From Candidatus Aenigmatarchaeota archaeon (GTDB lineage Archaea; Aenigmatarchaeota; Aenigmatarchaeia; QMZP01; QMZT01): a DNA stretch of 64,000 bases. Both the position numbers and the translations under genes were made by a program. The stretch spans positions 102,378 through 166,377 of the forward strand of contig JAPLVC010000007.1 in NCBI GenBank assembly GCA_026397315.1, in the 5' to 3' direction. Numbering within the stretch: position 1 is the stretch's first letter; each line of letters starts with the position of its first letter. The notes beneath the pieces are model-generated. The model worked only from the letters and a program-made list of their open reading frames with translations. It did no database searches and was not told the origin of the DNA. Of the stretch, positions 9,996-19,315 are shown in pieces.

Positions 9996-10550
9996 ATGGA
10001 ACAGACATCTTTACAAAAAATTGAAAAGAACCACGGAAACTACGCAAGTTTTGCTATATGGGACGAAAAAAATTACGATGCCAATCCTACCGAGCTAATA
10101 AAAATTTACATGAACGATCTCAAACCGCAAATTGTCATAGTTGGCTTGAATGCATCGAGGGACACAAAAAATTTCGAGGCTTTTCATTGTAAACATCGTG
10201 GTGGAAGGGGCGAGTGGCTAAAAGACGCTTTTAACAAAAGCCGTTTCCGAGGAGCGTATATGACTGACATAATAAAAGATGTTAACCCTAAATCAAAAAA
10301 TGTCAAACTATCCGAAAATGATATCAAAACTTTTTCAAATGAACTGAAAGATTTAGGGTGTAAAAATTTCACAGTTATTGCAATTGGTAAGAGAGCATAC
10401 AAGATTCTGAATGACAATAAAACAAGAATAATAAATCAAGACAATATAAAAATCGACATTAAAAAAATACCACACTATGCTAGTAGAATCGAAAGAGAAG
10501 ATTTTATTGGAAAGGTAAATAAGTTAGCGTATTCTTTCACCAAAACTTAA
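9996..10550 (+). CDS. Uracil-DNA-glycosylase-like superfamily protein (AT-rich)
   Basis: IVIVGLNAS, AYMTDIIK, VIAIGKRA and IPHYAS occur in UDG-fold motif order. Confidence 0.55.
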   Translation: MEQTSLQKIEKNHGNYASFAIWDEKNYDANPTELIKIYMNDLKPQIVIVGLNASRDTKNFEAFHCKHRGGRGEWLKDAFNKSRFRGAYMTDIIKDVNPKSKNVKLSENDIKTFSNELKDLGCKNFTVIAIGKRAYKILNDNKTRIINQDNIKIDIKKIPHYASRIEREDFIGKVNKLAYSFTKT

Positions 10551-10619
10551 AAAATCACTGCCACATATTATTTACAGGAATGAGTTGCAATAATTTGCAG
10601 AATTGAGAGGTTGATGGTA

Positions 10620-11711
10620 ATGGCTGGCGGTTTCAAGGAAATCAAGAACTTCAAGGAAAATGATTCCAAATCAAAGGAATTCACTTACGCGAAGGCGGGC
10701 GTCGACATAGAGAAAGTCAAGAACTCGCATACGGCGATGGCCGAGATTTTCAGGCAGACATTCGCCCACAGGTCGGGCAAGTTCGGTCACGTGATTTCAG
10801 ACATCGGCCACTACGCGGGCCTTATAGACATCGGTGGCGGACGGGTTCTCGCCGTCCATGTAGACGGCGTCGGGACCAAGACACTCATCGCGCACGCCAT
10901 GAGGAAATACGATACTGTCGGCTTCGACTGTGTCGCGATGAACGTCAACGACATCATCTGCATGGGCGCGGAGCCGACAACACTGGTCGACTATATCGCT
11001 CTGGAAAGGGCGGACGAGAACATGCTCACCGAAATTTCAAAGGGTCTCGCGGCGGCCGCGCGGGAAGCGGGAGTCGCGATAGTCGGCGGCGAGACTGCGA
11101 TAATGCCTGACGTCGTAAAGGGGTTCGACCTCGCAGCCATGTCGCTCGGAGTGGCTTACAAGGACAAAATAGTGACCGGCCAGAAGATGCAGCCAGGCGA
11201 CGTTGTCATAGGCATCGAGAGTTCAGGTGTGCATTCGAACGGCCTTACGCTAGCCAGAAAGCTGCTCACAAGCAGGTACGACATCGGCGCCTACGTCAAG
11301 GAGCTCGACTGCACAGTCGGCGAGGAGCTGATGAAACCGACCAGAATTTACGTCAAACCCGTCCTGGAAATTATGCAGAACTGCAAAGTACACGGCCTTG
11401 CCCACATAACTGGCGGAGCTTTCTCGAAACTCAGCCGCATCGGCAGCAAGGCGGGCGTGGGCTTCGACATACATCTCCCGAAACCCAAACAGATTTTCAA
11501 GCTGATGCAGAAGATAGGCATGCTAAGCGATCGCGAAATGTTCAGGACTTTCAACATGGGAGTCGGTTTCGTGATAGTCGTGCCTGGCGAGGACCCGGAG
11601 GACTACGAGCGCGTCGCTGATGTCCTCAAAAAATACAAGATGCCCTACAGCAAGATAGGCACCGTGACCAAGATAAGCAAAGTCACGGTAAACGGCATTG
11701 ACGTGCTCTGA
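10620..11711 (+). CDS. purM: AIR synthetase
   Basis: YAKAGVDI, DGVGTK, GGETA, SSGVHSNG, HITGG and TFNMGVG motifs. Confidence 0.97.
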   Translation: MAGGFKEIKNFKENDSKSKEFTYAKAGVDIEKVKNSHTAMAEIFRQTFAHRSGKFGHVISDIGHYAGLIDIGGGRVLAVHVDGVGTKTLIAHAMRKYDTVGFDCVAMNVNDIICMGAEPTTLVDYIALERADENMLTEISKGLAAAAREAGVAIVGGETAIMPDVVKGFDLAAMSLGVAYKDKIVTGQKMQPGDVVIGIESSGVHSNGLTLARKLLTSRYDIGAYVKELDCTVGEELMKPTRIYVKPVLEIMQNCKVHGLAHITGGAFSKLSRIGSKAGVGFDIHLPKPKQIFKLMQKIGMLSDREMFRTFNMGVGFVIVVPGEDPEDYERVADVLKKYKMPYSKIGTVTKISKVTVNGIDVL

Positions 11712-11723
11712 GGCGCTGGTAAC

Positions 11724-12032
11724 ATGATAAACTGGAGAATGGTTGTAGTTGCCGCCGCTTTCATGTGTGCCATTTTCTTCGTGGGCATTGCCGTGTATTT
11801 CATCAGCCTGCCTCCACCTTACGTCGACGAAAATACCAACGAGAAATACTGTCTCGCCGACGCGGACTGCGCGTGCGGCGTGCACATAAAGTCGAGAATC
11901 TGCTTTTACGGCAATGAAGATTACGTCGACACGAGCGAACAGTGCCCTGATTTCTGCAATGGCATCGCGGCCCACCTGATAATAAAATGCATCGACAACG
12001 AATGCGCGCAGATAAACAGGCTCGGCCAGTGA
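11724..12032 (+). CDS. Membrane-anchored small protein with an eight-cysteine extracellular domain
   Basis: N-terminal TM helix followed by 8 Cys in ~55 aa. Confidence 0.6.
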   Translation: MINWRMVVVAAAFMCAIFFVGIAVYFISLPPPYVDENTNEKYCLADADCACGVHIKSRICFYGNEDYVDTSEQCPDFCNGIAAHLIIKCIDNECAQINRLGQ

Positions 12033-12079
12033 ACATGCGGGGGTTTTAAAACTTTTTGCTAATAAACAATTGTGGAAAA

Positions 12080-12409
12080 ATGGCTGTCAAAGGCTTCAAA
12101 TACGTTGTGCCCGTGACTCTCGCCGGAAGGAGGCCTGGCCACAACGGCGAACCCTGCGTTTTCTTCGGCAACTGGAAATATCCTGTAGAACTAGACCCGG
12201 AGACAAACAAACAATTCGTGAATATGGATGGTAAAATTTATCGTGTATTGGAAAGGAAGATCGATGGGCCGGGCAAACTTTACATAGAGGTTGAAGAGGA
12301 ACCGTTCCCAATTCCGGCGCTAAGCAACCTGATGAACATGATGAGAAAATACATGGATCATCCGGAACGCTATGTCCTGAAGTATGATACCGAACCGCTT
12401 TTAAAGTAA
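12080..12409 (+). CDS. Hypothetical protein
   Basis: ORF with its own TTTTAAAA box at 12044-12051. No recognisable motif. Confidence 0.55.
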   Translation: MAVKGFKYVVPVTLAGRRPGHNGEPCVFFGNWKYPVELDPETNKQFVNMDGKIYRVLERKIDGPGKLYIEVEEEPFPIPALSNLMNMMRKYMDHPERYVLKYDTEPLLK

Positions 12410-12429
12410 ATCCTGCTAATCATTTTATC

Positions 12430-13269
12430 ATGAAAACCGCGAAAAAGAAAGAGGGCTGGAAATTCTTCATCGGCATATTTGTCGGCATGGGTATAATCGT
12501 CATCCTGCTGCTCGCATCGATGCTTTCGTCTTTTTCGTCGCCTTTCACGAGCAAAATTGCAATCATAAAAATCCGCGGCACTATCGCTTCAGGTCACAGC
12601 CTGCTCGCTGAAACGGTCACGCCCGATGATACGCTTCCGCTCATACAGAAGGCCGAGGAAGATTCGTCGATAAAGGCAGTCATGTTCGACATCGACTCGC
12701 CCGGCGGCTCGGTTGTAGCATCGCGCGAGATAGCATACGCCGTCGCTGAGATGAAAAAGCCCACGCTATGCTGGATGGGCGACGTCGCGGCGAGCGGAGC
12801 TTACTGGATCGCTTCTTCCTGCGACTACATAATGGCCGACCCGCTTACTTTGACGGGCTCGGTTGGGGTGACGGCTTCGTATCTGGAGTTCTCGAAGCTG
12901 TTCGAAAAATATGGCATAACGTATGAACAGATTACTTCCGGCGAGAGCAAGGACATGGGCTCGCCTTTCCGCAACCTTACAACCGGCGAGCGCGGCAAGC
13001 TGGAGTACATAGTAAACGAAACGTTCACTTATTTCATCGCCGACGTGACAAGCAGGCGCAATCTGACGCAGGAACAGATTGACACGATAAAAACTGGGGA
13101 CATATTCCTGGGCAAAGACGCAATCGCGCTCGGCCTCATAGACGCCACAGGCACGCTCAGCGACGCGCGGGAAAAAGCGAAGTCGCTGGCGAACGACAAG
13201 AACGCGAATTTCGTGTCGCTCCAAAAGAGCGGCTTGAACATATTCGAGCTACTTGGCATGCTCGGATGA
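12430..13269 (+). CDS. sppA: Signal peptide peptidase SppA (S49)
   Basis: N-terminal TM; IDSPGGS, AASGAYWIA and TGSVGV motifs. Confidence 0.93.
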   Translation: MKTAKKKEGWKFFIGIFVGMGIIVILLLASMLSSFSSPFTSKIAIIKIRGTIASGHSLLAETVTPDDTLPLIQKAEEDSSIKAVMFDIDSPGGSVVASREIAYAVAEMKKPTLCWMGDVAASGAYWIASSCDYIMADPLTLTGSVGVTASYLEFSKLFEKYGITYEQITSGESKDMGSPFRNLTTGERGKLEYIVNETFTYFIADVTSRRNLTQEQIDTIKTGDIFLGKDAIALGLIDATGTLSDAREKAKSLANDKNANFVSLQKSGLNIFELLGMLG

Positions 13270-13326
13270 TTTTCTGAACCAACTGGAACAATGCTGCTTT
13301 AAAAAAATTCTATATAAAACGTGATA

Positions 13327-13710
13327 ATGGAAAGCTACGGTCAAATACTGAGCCATATCATGGATGTTCAGCACGAAAACATAGAAAAATTTACCGAAAT
13401 TTACAGAAATAACAGAGAAGGGCTTCTGAATATATGCGAACGGATTGACGTGGGCATGGAAACCGTTGCGCAGGGAATTCTGCTAAAAGATATGGGGGAT
13501 AGGCCCCACATAAAATCATATCTCAATCAGCTGCTTTGGGGAGAGGTAGAACCGGCTATAAGGGTCTCGAGACATATACTGAAGAGTGAAGAACCGGTTC
13601 CTACGGACGCATCATATATTCCTATACAGATGGCAAAGGCTTACGGGGCGGTTGTCGGGATGGCGGAAAAACTTGGCATTGATATCGAGCCGATAAGTCT
13701 CGATAAATAA
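13327..13710 (+). CDS. Hypothetical protein
   Basis: Helical ORFan with an upstream TATA-like box. Confidence 0.55.
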   Translation: MESYGQILSHIMDVQHENIEKFTEIYRNNREGLLNICERIDVGMETVAQGILLKDMGDRPHIKSYLNQLLWGEVEPAIRVSRHILKSEEPVPTDASYIPIQMAKAYGAVVGMAEKLGIDIEPISLDK

Positions 13711-13889
13711 AGATTCCTTTATTTTTAGGTTCCAAAGTTCCATTATTGGCTTATTTACGCATACTTTAGTATTTTTAACATTTTGTTCAAATAAATAAGA
13801 AAATTATTGTATAAAATACCTAAAATATAATAATTTTGGAACAAAAATATTAAAATAAGCAGAAATTTTGTAAAAAGTGCAGTAAGAAG

Positions 13890-13920
13890 TTTTTGCTAAA
13901 GCTCTTTCTAAAAAGCTTTA
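13890..13920 (-). repeat. Diverged copy of the short palindromic AAGC-TTTT/AAAA-GCTT element, starting at the gltX stop codon
   Basis: Minus strand TAAAGCTTTTTAGAAAGAGCTTTAGCAAAAA: hairpin plus GC(G)AAAA tail, as in the copies at 33106 and 43085. Confidence 0.5.
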
Positions 13921-15594
13921 CTTGTGCGCGAAATAGATTACGATTTCTTTGCCGTCGTTCGCGTCGACGCGCCCGAAACCTACGCGCTCCATCTGTATCA
14001 AATCGTCGACTTTGAGCTTCGCCATCTCCGGCTCGCCTATGCCGTGCAGCACGCCGTCCTTGCTGACAATCCTTACTTTCACGTGCGGCTCGCTGACCCA
14101 CTGTATCTTCTGCATGTCTTTCATTATTTCGTCACCCACGCATTTCGCCGTTTTCACAAGCGACACATTGCACATTCCTTTAAGGCGAACCACGCCGCCC
14201 TTGAGCTTTTCGTAATCGTCATGCGATATGTGAATGCTTTTGTGATTAAGCGGGATTTTCTTCTTGCCGCGCTCCGGGAAATCCGGGTGCAGCGCTTCGA
14301 AAACTTCATGTTTCTCAGGCATGCCCTCGGGAGCGATGTTAACCGGGTCTATGACGACCATGTAGCGGTTCGCCAGAGAGTCTATGAGCTTGCGGTTGTG
14401 CGCGTCGAGGTTTTCCCAGCCGAGCTCGATATCGTTCTTACTCAGGCCGCACTGCATGGCGAGGCTTTTTATCGCATCGGGCCTGAAGCCGCGGCGGAGA
14501 AGAGCGCGAATCGTCGGGAGCTTCGGGTCGTCCCATCCGCTGACGTCGCCGTTAGCTATCATTACCTTGATATCCCTCGTGTGGACCGCGCCCTCGGGAA
14601 AACGAATCATGCCGAAGTTGACTACGTTCGTGAATTTCCAGCCGAGCATGTCCGCTATCGTCTTCTGGACTGCCGTGTTGTGCTCGTGCTCCTTGCCTCG
14701 AAACACGTGCGTAACGCCTAGTTCATGGTCGTCGATCGCGCAGGAAAAATTGTAAAGAGGCCACGCGGAATACTGCGTCCCCTTGAGAGGATGAGGCGTT
14801 TTGCTTATCCTGAAAATTGGCGGGTCGCGGAGTACGGGATTCGGATCCGACATGCTGGTCTTCAGGCGCAGCGCGGCTGAGCCGTCTTCCATCCCGCCGG
14901 CAACCATCGCTTCCCACAGCTCTTTGTTCTTCTCCGCTGTGTGATGCCTGCAGGCGCACTCGCTCTCTTCGAGCTTCTGCTTCCTGAAATCCTCGGTCGC
15001 GCAGGCGCAGACGTAAGCCCTGCCCTTTTCTATCAGATGCTTGGCATGCTTGTAATAAACGGGGATCCTGTCGGACTGCATGTAGAACTCGTCCCATTTC
15101 GTTTCCATTCGCTCGAGATCCTCGCGCAGCCAGTCGTAAGCATTCGGCTCGATCTTCTTCGCGTCCGTGTCCTCGATTCTCAGGATGAATTTGCCATTGT
15201 ATCTTTTCGCGTAATAATGACTTAGGAAAACGGCGCGCATGAACTGGCCAATCGATAGCGGGCCTGTCGGGGACGGGGCGAAACGAGTGACTACGCGCCC
15301 TTCGACCGCATCTTCGAGGGCGGCAAGGCCTTCCTGTTTTTTCTCCTGTCTCTCGAGCAACTCGGGCGCGAGCTCTTCGAGCTTCTTTCTCTGCCCGTCC
15401 GGGTGCATGTGGTTCACTTCTTTTACAACCTGGTCTATAAGCGTTCGAGTCTCTGCTATATTTGCCCTCGCCTCGTGGTCCTGCGAAACGACTTTCCCCA
15501 GGACGGCCGAAGGGTTGGCCTTGCCTTTGTAGAATATCGCGTTCTGAAGCGTGTATTTCAGGATGACTTCCTTCAGCTTGGAATTGGCCCTCAT
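13918..15594 (-). CDS. gltX: Glutamyl-tRNA synthetase (archaeal type)
   Basis: VVTRFAPSPTG, ILRIEDTD, RDPPIFR, THVFRGKEH, WDDPKLPT and QMERVGF motifs. Confidence 0.95.
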   Translation of the reverse strand: MRANSKLKEVILKYTLQNAIFYKGKANPSAVLGKVVSQDHEARANIAETRTLIDQVVKEVNHMHPDGQRKKLEELAPELLERQEKKQEGLAALEDAVEGRVVTRFAPSPTGPLSIGQFMRAVFLSHYYAKRYNGKFILRIEDTDAKKIEPNAYDWLREDLERMETKWDEFYMQSDRIPVYYKHAKHLIEKGRAYVCACATEDFRKQKLEESECACRHHTAEKNKELWEAMVAGGMEDGSAALRLKTSMSDPNPVLRDPPIFRISKTPHPLKGTQYSAWPLYNFSCAIDDHELGVTHVFRGKEHEHNTAVQKTIADMLGWKFTNVVNFGMIRFPEGAVHTRDIKVMIANGDVSGWDDPKLPTIRALLRRGFRPDAIKSLAMQCGLSKNDIELGWENLDAHNRKLIDSLANRYMVVIDPVNIAPEGMPEKHEVFEALHPDFPERGKKKIPLNHKSIHISHDDYEKLKGGVVRLKGMCNVSLVKTAKCVGDEIMKDMQKIQWVSEPHVKVRIVSKDGVLHGIGEPEMAKLKVDDLIQMERVGFGRVDANDGKEIVIYFAHK

Positions 15595-15637
15595 GAAAAC
15601 ATATTAAAGCATTGTAATTAAAAATAAATGTGGTTCA

Positions 15638-15787
15638 ATGCGCTTCGACGTGAAATGCAGGGATTGTGTATTTTTCAAGGGCAAAGCGCCGCCTGTGACG
15701 GACTGCGCCAATATTGACGGCAAGATATGGGACCCGGAGCAGCGCGCGTGCGACAACTTCGTGAAAGGCAAGAAAAAAGCGGATTAG
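15638..15787 (+). CDS. Small four-cysteine protein (49 aa), putative metal-binding
   Basis: Hand translation: MRFDVKCRDCVFFKGKAPPVTDCANIDGKIWDPEQRACDNFVKGKKKAD. Host-like codon usage. Not in ORF track. Confidence 0.6.
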   Translation: MRFDVKCRDCVFFKGKAPPVTDCANIDGKIWDPEQRACDNFVKGKKKAD

Positions 15788-15836
15788 GCGGCGCTGCTTT
15801 TAGCCTGGCCCGTTTCGCTTGATATATCTAATTATA

Positions 15837-16667
15837 TTACTCGCCGCTTTTTTTCAGGCTATGGTAAAAGCTCACCAGCGACGCCACCGAGAGCAATGCC
15901 AGGTATGTAGTCACGAGCGTCCGCACGAGCATGAAAGCGAACCCGTCAAGGGTCAGGCCCGTCTGCTGGGTCGTGAAAATGTAATACAACATCTCGGGCA
16001 ATGAGCCTCCCAGCGATATGGAAATGTAAACTATGATGAACAACGCGAAGAACAGCAATGTATTCATTTTGTTCTTGGCGACTGTCTTCCACGACTTCTT
16101 CAGCGATTCCAGCGGACTCGCGTTTTCGAGCACGCAGAATGCCGGGGATAGATAAGTGAAAAACGCGGCCACCGCGAAAACAACTATGCCGATAAGGAGC
16201 CACACGCCTCCGGCGGCGACCATGGCCAGTCCTTCGGCAGTTTCCATGACGGGCAATGCCATGGTCGTTAGGACCATTCCTCCGAAGCATGCCGCTATTA
16301 TGAGGAAGTATATCAGTGATAGAATCAGCATGGGGATGAACCTTTTTCTGGAAACTTCAAGGCTTTCAGTTATGCCCTTCTTCTTGACCTTGTGGTAATG
16401 CGAGGCGTTGTCCATGTAAGCGGGGATGAGATAAATATTCACCACCCAGCCGAGAACGGCTATGGGGATTATGTAAACCATGAAAGGCATGATGTTGGCA
16501 GGTATGATTGTGCCCTCGCTGGCGATGATGTCCGCCCCGAAATAGCCTGTCACAAACCATCCCGCCACGGCGAAAACAAGCTGCACGGCGAAAGCCAGCA
16601 GGAAGACGTCCTTCCTCAAAGGATACCTGACTGAATTGCTGAAAATCTTATTGAAATCCACGCCCAT
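15837..16667 (-). CDS. Multi-pass membrane protein of unknown function
   Basis: About 6 TM helices; 'SPLESLKKSW' motif typical of uncharacterised membrane families. Confidence 0.7.
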   Translation of the reverse strand: MGVDFNKIFSNSVRYPLRKDVFLLAFAVQLVFAVAGWFVTGYFGADIIASEGTIIPANIMPFMVYIIPIAVLGWVVNIYLIPAYMDNASHYHKVKKKGITESLEVSRKRFIPMLILSLIYFLIIAACFGGMVLTTMALPVMETAEGLAMVAAGGVWLLIGIVVFAVAAFFTYLSPAFCVLENASPLESLKKSWKTVAKNKMNTLLFFALFIIVYISISLGGSLPEMLYYIFTTQQTGLTLDGFAFMLVRTLVTTYLALLSVASLVSFYHSLKKSGE

Positions 16668-16746
16668 AACAACCCCTCACTTATGTTCTATATTTATATT
16701 ACCCTTCTTAATATCTTTGACTAATCATAGTCACAGGCGTGATTAA

Positions 16747-17553
16747 ATGAAGATAACGTTCCTTGGCACCGCTGGTGGCCGCATACTCATAATGACGCAG
16801 ATGCGGGCATCCGGCGGATGGATATTGGAGATGGACGGCGAGACGATTCACGTAGACCCCGGACCCGGCGCGCTCGTGAGGGCGAAGCAGTACGGAGTCG
16901 ACCTGCGCAAACTGACGGCCATCGCGATATCGCACGCGCATCCTGACCACTACACTGACACGGAAATAATAATAGAATCAATGACGAACGGCACTAGGAA
17001 AAAGCGCGGCATACTTCTGGGCAACGAGCACGCCATAAAAGGCGGTTCGGATTACAGGCAGGTCGTTTCACCTTTCCATTTGAGGCTTCTTGAAAAATAC
17101 AGGGCGCTGGAGCCCGGCAAGATGATGAAAGTCGGCAGCATCGAGATAACCGCGACTCCCACGAAACACAGGGAGGAGAAGGGCATAGGCTTCGTGTTCC
17201 GCGGCTCGAAAACGCTCGGCTACGCCGGCGACGGTGAATATTTCGCGGGTATGGAAAGGCATTTCGAAGGCTGCGATTATCTCATTCTCAACGTCCTCAG
17301 GCCGAGGAGTGCCAACTGGCCGGGTCACATGAACACTGCGCAAGCGAAAGAGCTCATAAGCAAGGTCAGGCCCAAGCTCGTCATGATACAGCACTTCGGC
17401 ATGCTGATGGTGAAAGCAGGTCCGGAGAAAGAAGCGAAATGGATCGAGGAGCAGACGGGCGTCAGGACCATCGCGGCGACGGACGGCATGAATATTGATC
17501 CGGAAAAGGCGCTGGCGTACGGCCTCGGCAAATGGGCTTCGGGAAAAAAGTAG
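16747..17553 (+). CDS. MBL-fold metallo-hydrolase
   Basis: ITFLGTAGG, VDPGPG and SHAHPDH motifs. Confidence 0.9.
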   Translation: MKITFLGTAGGRILIMTQMRASGGWILEMDGETIHVDPGPGALVRAKQYGVDLRKLTAIAISHAHPDHYTDTEIIIESMTNGTRKKRGILLGNEHAIKGGSDYRQVVSPFHLRLLEKYRALEPGKMMKVGSIEITATPTKHREEKGIGFVFRGSKTLGYAGDGEYFAGMERHFEGCDYLILNVLRPRSANWPGHMNTAQAKELISKVRPKLVMIQHFGMLMVKAGPEKEAKWIEEQTGVRTIAATDGMNIDPEKALAYGLGKWASGKK

Positions 17554-17565
17554 ATATAATAAATT

Positions 17566-18078
17566 TCAAATTTTTGCAGCAATTTCATCCGCATGTTTTT
17601 GCCATGTGCCGCTAGTATCGATGATGAAATGCTTCTCTTTTATCTGTTCAAAAGATTTCCTGAGTTTTTTGTAGATGGCGAAATCGGCGTCGCTGGCGCA
17701 GCAAGTCTTGCACCGCTTTGCTAGGCGCTCTCTTACGACGCTCTCGTCGCACACGACTTCGACTATGCACAGCTCGCTCTTCGTTTTTACCGCGAGTTCT
17801 TTGACATTTTCGCGCAGCTCTTTTTTGTAGAACGTGCCGTCGAGCAAGACGTTCCTGCCGTCCTTCAGCAACATGCCCGCCATGTTAAAGAGCATGGAAT
17901 AAACCAGCGTCTTCTCGTCTTCCGTGTAGGCCGGATTGTCCAGCATCTCTTTCCTGATTATATCCGTGCTGAGAATGCGGGCGTCCGTTTTTTTCGCTAT
18001 CGCTTCAGCGACTGTAGTCTTGCCCGTCCCGGGCAGGCCGCAGACCAGAATGAGCTTGGTTTTCTCATTCGCTTTCAT
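17566..18078 (-). CDS. P-loop kinase (AAA_33-like)
   Basis: GLPGTGKTT, STDIIRK, VLLDGTF and SDA motifs. Confidence 0.85.
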   Translation of the reverse strand: MKANEKTKLILVCGLPGTGKTTVAEAIAKKTDARILSTDIIRKEMLDNPAYTEDEKTLVYSMLFNMAGMLLKDGRNVLLDGTFYKKELRENVKELAVKTKSELCIVEVVCDESVVRERLAKRCKTCCASDADFAIYKKLRKSFEQIKEKHFIIDTSGTWQKHADEIAAKI

Positions 18079-19315
18079 GCGGCATCATGTCCTTATCCAC
18101 GATTTCAGCTGGCCTGGTCGAGAGCGAAGGCCATATTTTTCTTCCCGGATAAATGGAAGTGTTTATGCCCGTGCGCACGTTGTCGCCGATGAAGGCGCCG
18201 AGCTTTTTCAGGCCAGTATGGATTTTCTTTCCGTTTACAATCGTCGCGTGCTCCTCGCCGTCGTGGCGATAATCGGCGGTCACTGTGCCTGCCGCTATGT
18301 TGACGTTCTCGCCGACGACAGAGTGGCCTATGTAGCAGCTGTGCTTGGCCGTCGTGTTGTTCATGATTATCGAATCGACGACCTCGCCGCGGAAACGCAC
18401 GCCGTTGCCCAGACAAGTGTCCGGCCTTATGTACGCGTTCGGACCTATGATGCAATTCTCTCCAATGTATGCAGGGCCTTCTATGTGGGTGCCGGAATGC
18501 ACGATGGTTCCGGCGCCTATGTGGACGCTGCCTTTTATCGTCACATGCGCTTCTACACGGCCGAAAGTCCTGCCTTTCATGATGGCAAGGACGGATCTGT
18601 TCGCCACTAGCAAGTCCCATGGATAAACGATGGGAATCCAGTCCTTTGTGTAGAAGCAGCGTATGCGCATGGTTTTCGCCAGCTCGTTTACCGCGTCGGT
18701 GAGCTCGTACTCGCCGCGCTCCGACCTGCCGGTCTTTTTCAGCGCGTCGAAAATCCTGCTGTTGAGAACGTAAAAGCCCGTGTTGGCCATGCCGGACGAA
18801 ACGTCGAATGGCTTCTCATTTATTTTTGTCAGGAAGCCGCCGTCCGTTTCCAGCATGCCAAAATCCGAAGGGTTGTCGACTTTCTGCCCCAGCATTGAAA
18901 TGCCGTATGAGAAGCATTCAGCCATCGCTTCCTTCGGGTAAATATCGTCTCCCATCATGACCATGAATTTATCGTCCTTCTCTATCAGCTTCTCGGCCTG
19001 CAGCAGTGCATGCCCCGTGCCCAGCGCCTGGTCCTGATCTGCATACGTTATTGAGATGTTGCCGTACCTGTTCCCGAGCTTGGTTTTTATCTGCTCGCTG
19101 CCGAAGCCCACGACAAGTATCGCGTCGCTGGCGATGCCTACGAGCGAATCAAGAACATGTTCTATTATCGTCTTACCTCCGACGAACAGGAGAGCCTTCG
19201 GCCTGTGAACCGTGAGCGGATATGTCCTGGTCGAGCGGCCGGCGCATAGGATGACTGCTTTCGCTTTTCTCACGTGGTCGCTCCCTTTAAACAGTGCCAT
19301 AGAACGAATTTTCAT
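18065..19315 (-). CDS. Bifunctional sugar-1-phosphate nucleotidylyltransferase/acetyltransferase (archaeal GlmU-like)
   Basis: AVILCAGRSTRTYPLT..RPK and SERGEYELTD, plus a hexapeptide-repeat C-terminal domain. Start may be 19300. Confidence 0.9.
   Translation of the reverse strand: MKIRSMALFKGSDHVRKAKAVILCAGRSTRTYPLTVHRPKALLFVGGKTIIEHVLDSLVGIASDAILVVGFGSEQIKTKLGNRYGNISITYADQDQALGTGHALLQAEKLIEKDDKFMVMMGDDIYPKEAMAECFSYGISMLGQKVDNPSDFGMLETDGGFLTKINEKPFDVSSGMANTGFYVLNSRIFDALKKTGRSERGEYELTDAVNELAKTMRIRCFYTKDWIPIVYPWDLLVANRSVLAIMKGRTFGRVEAHVTIKGSVHIGAGTIVHSGTHIEGPAYIGENCIIGPNAYIRPDTCLGNGVRFRGEVVDSIIMNNTTAKHSCYIGHSVVGENVNIAAGTVTADYRHDGEEHATIVNGKKIHTGLKKLGAFIGDNVRTGINTSIYPGRKIWPSLSTRPAEIVDKDMMPHESE

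Noticed and set aside
13711-13889. AT-rich intergenic region as a replication origin
   Set aside because: No clear ORB repeats and no adjacent orc1/cdc6. It lies between convergent genes, consistent with terminators.
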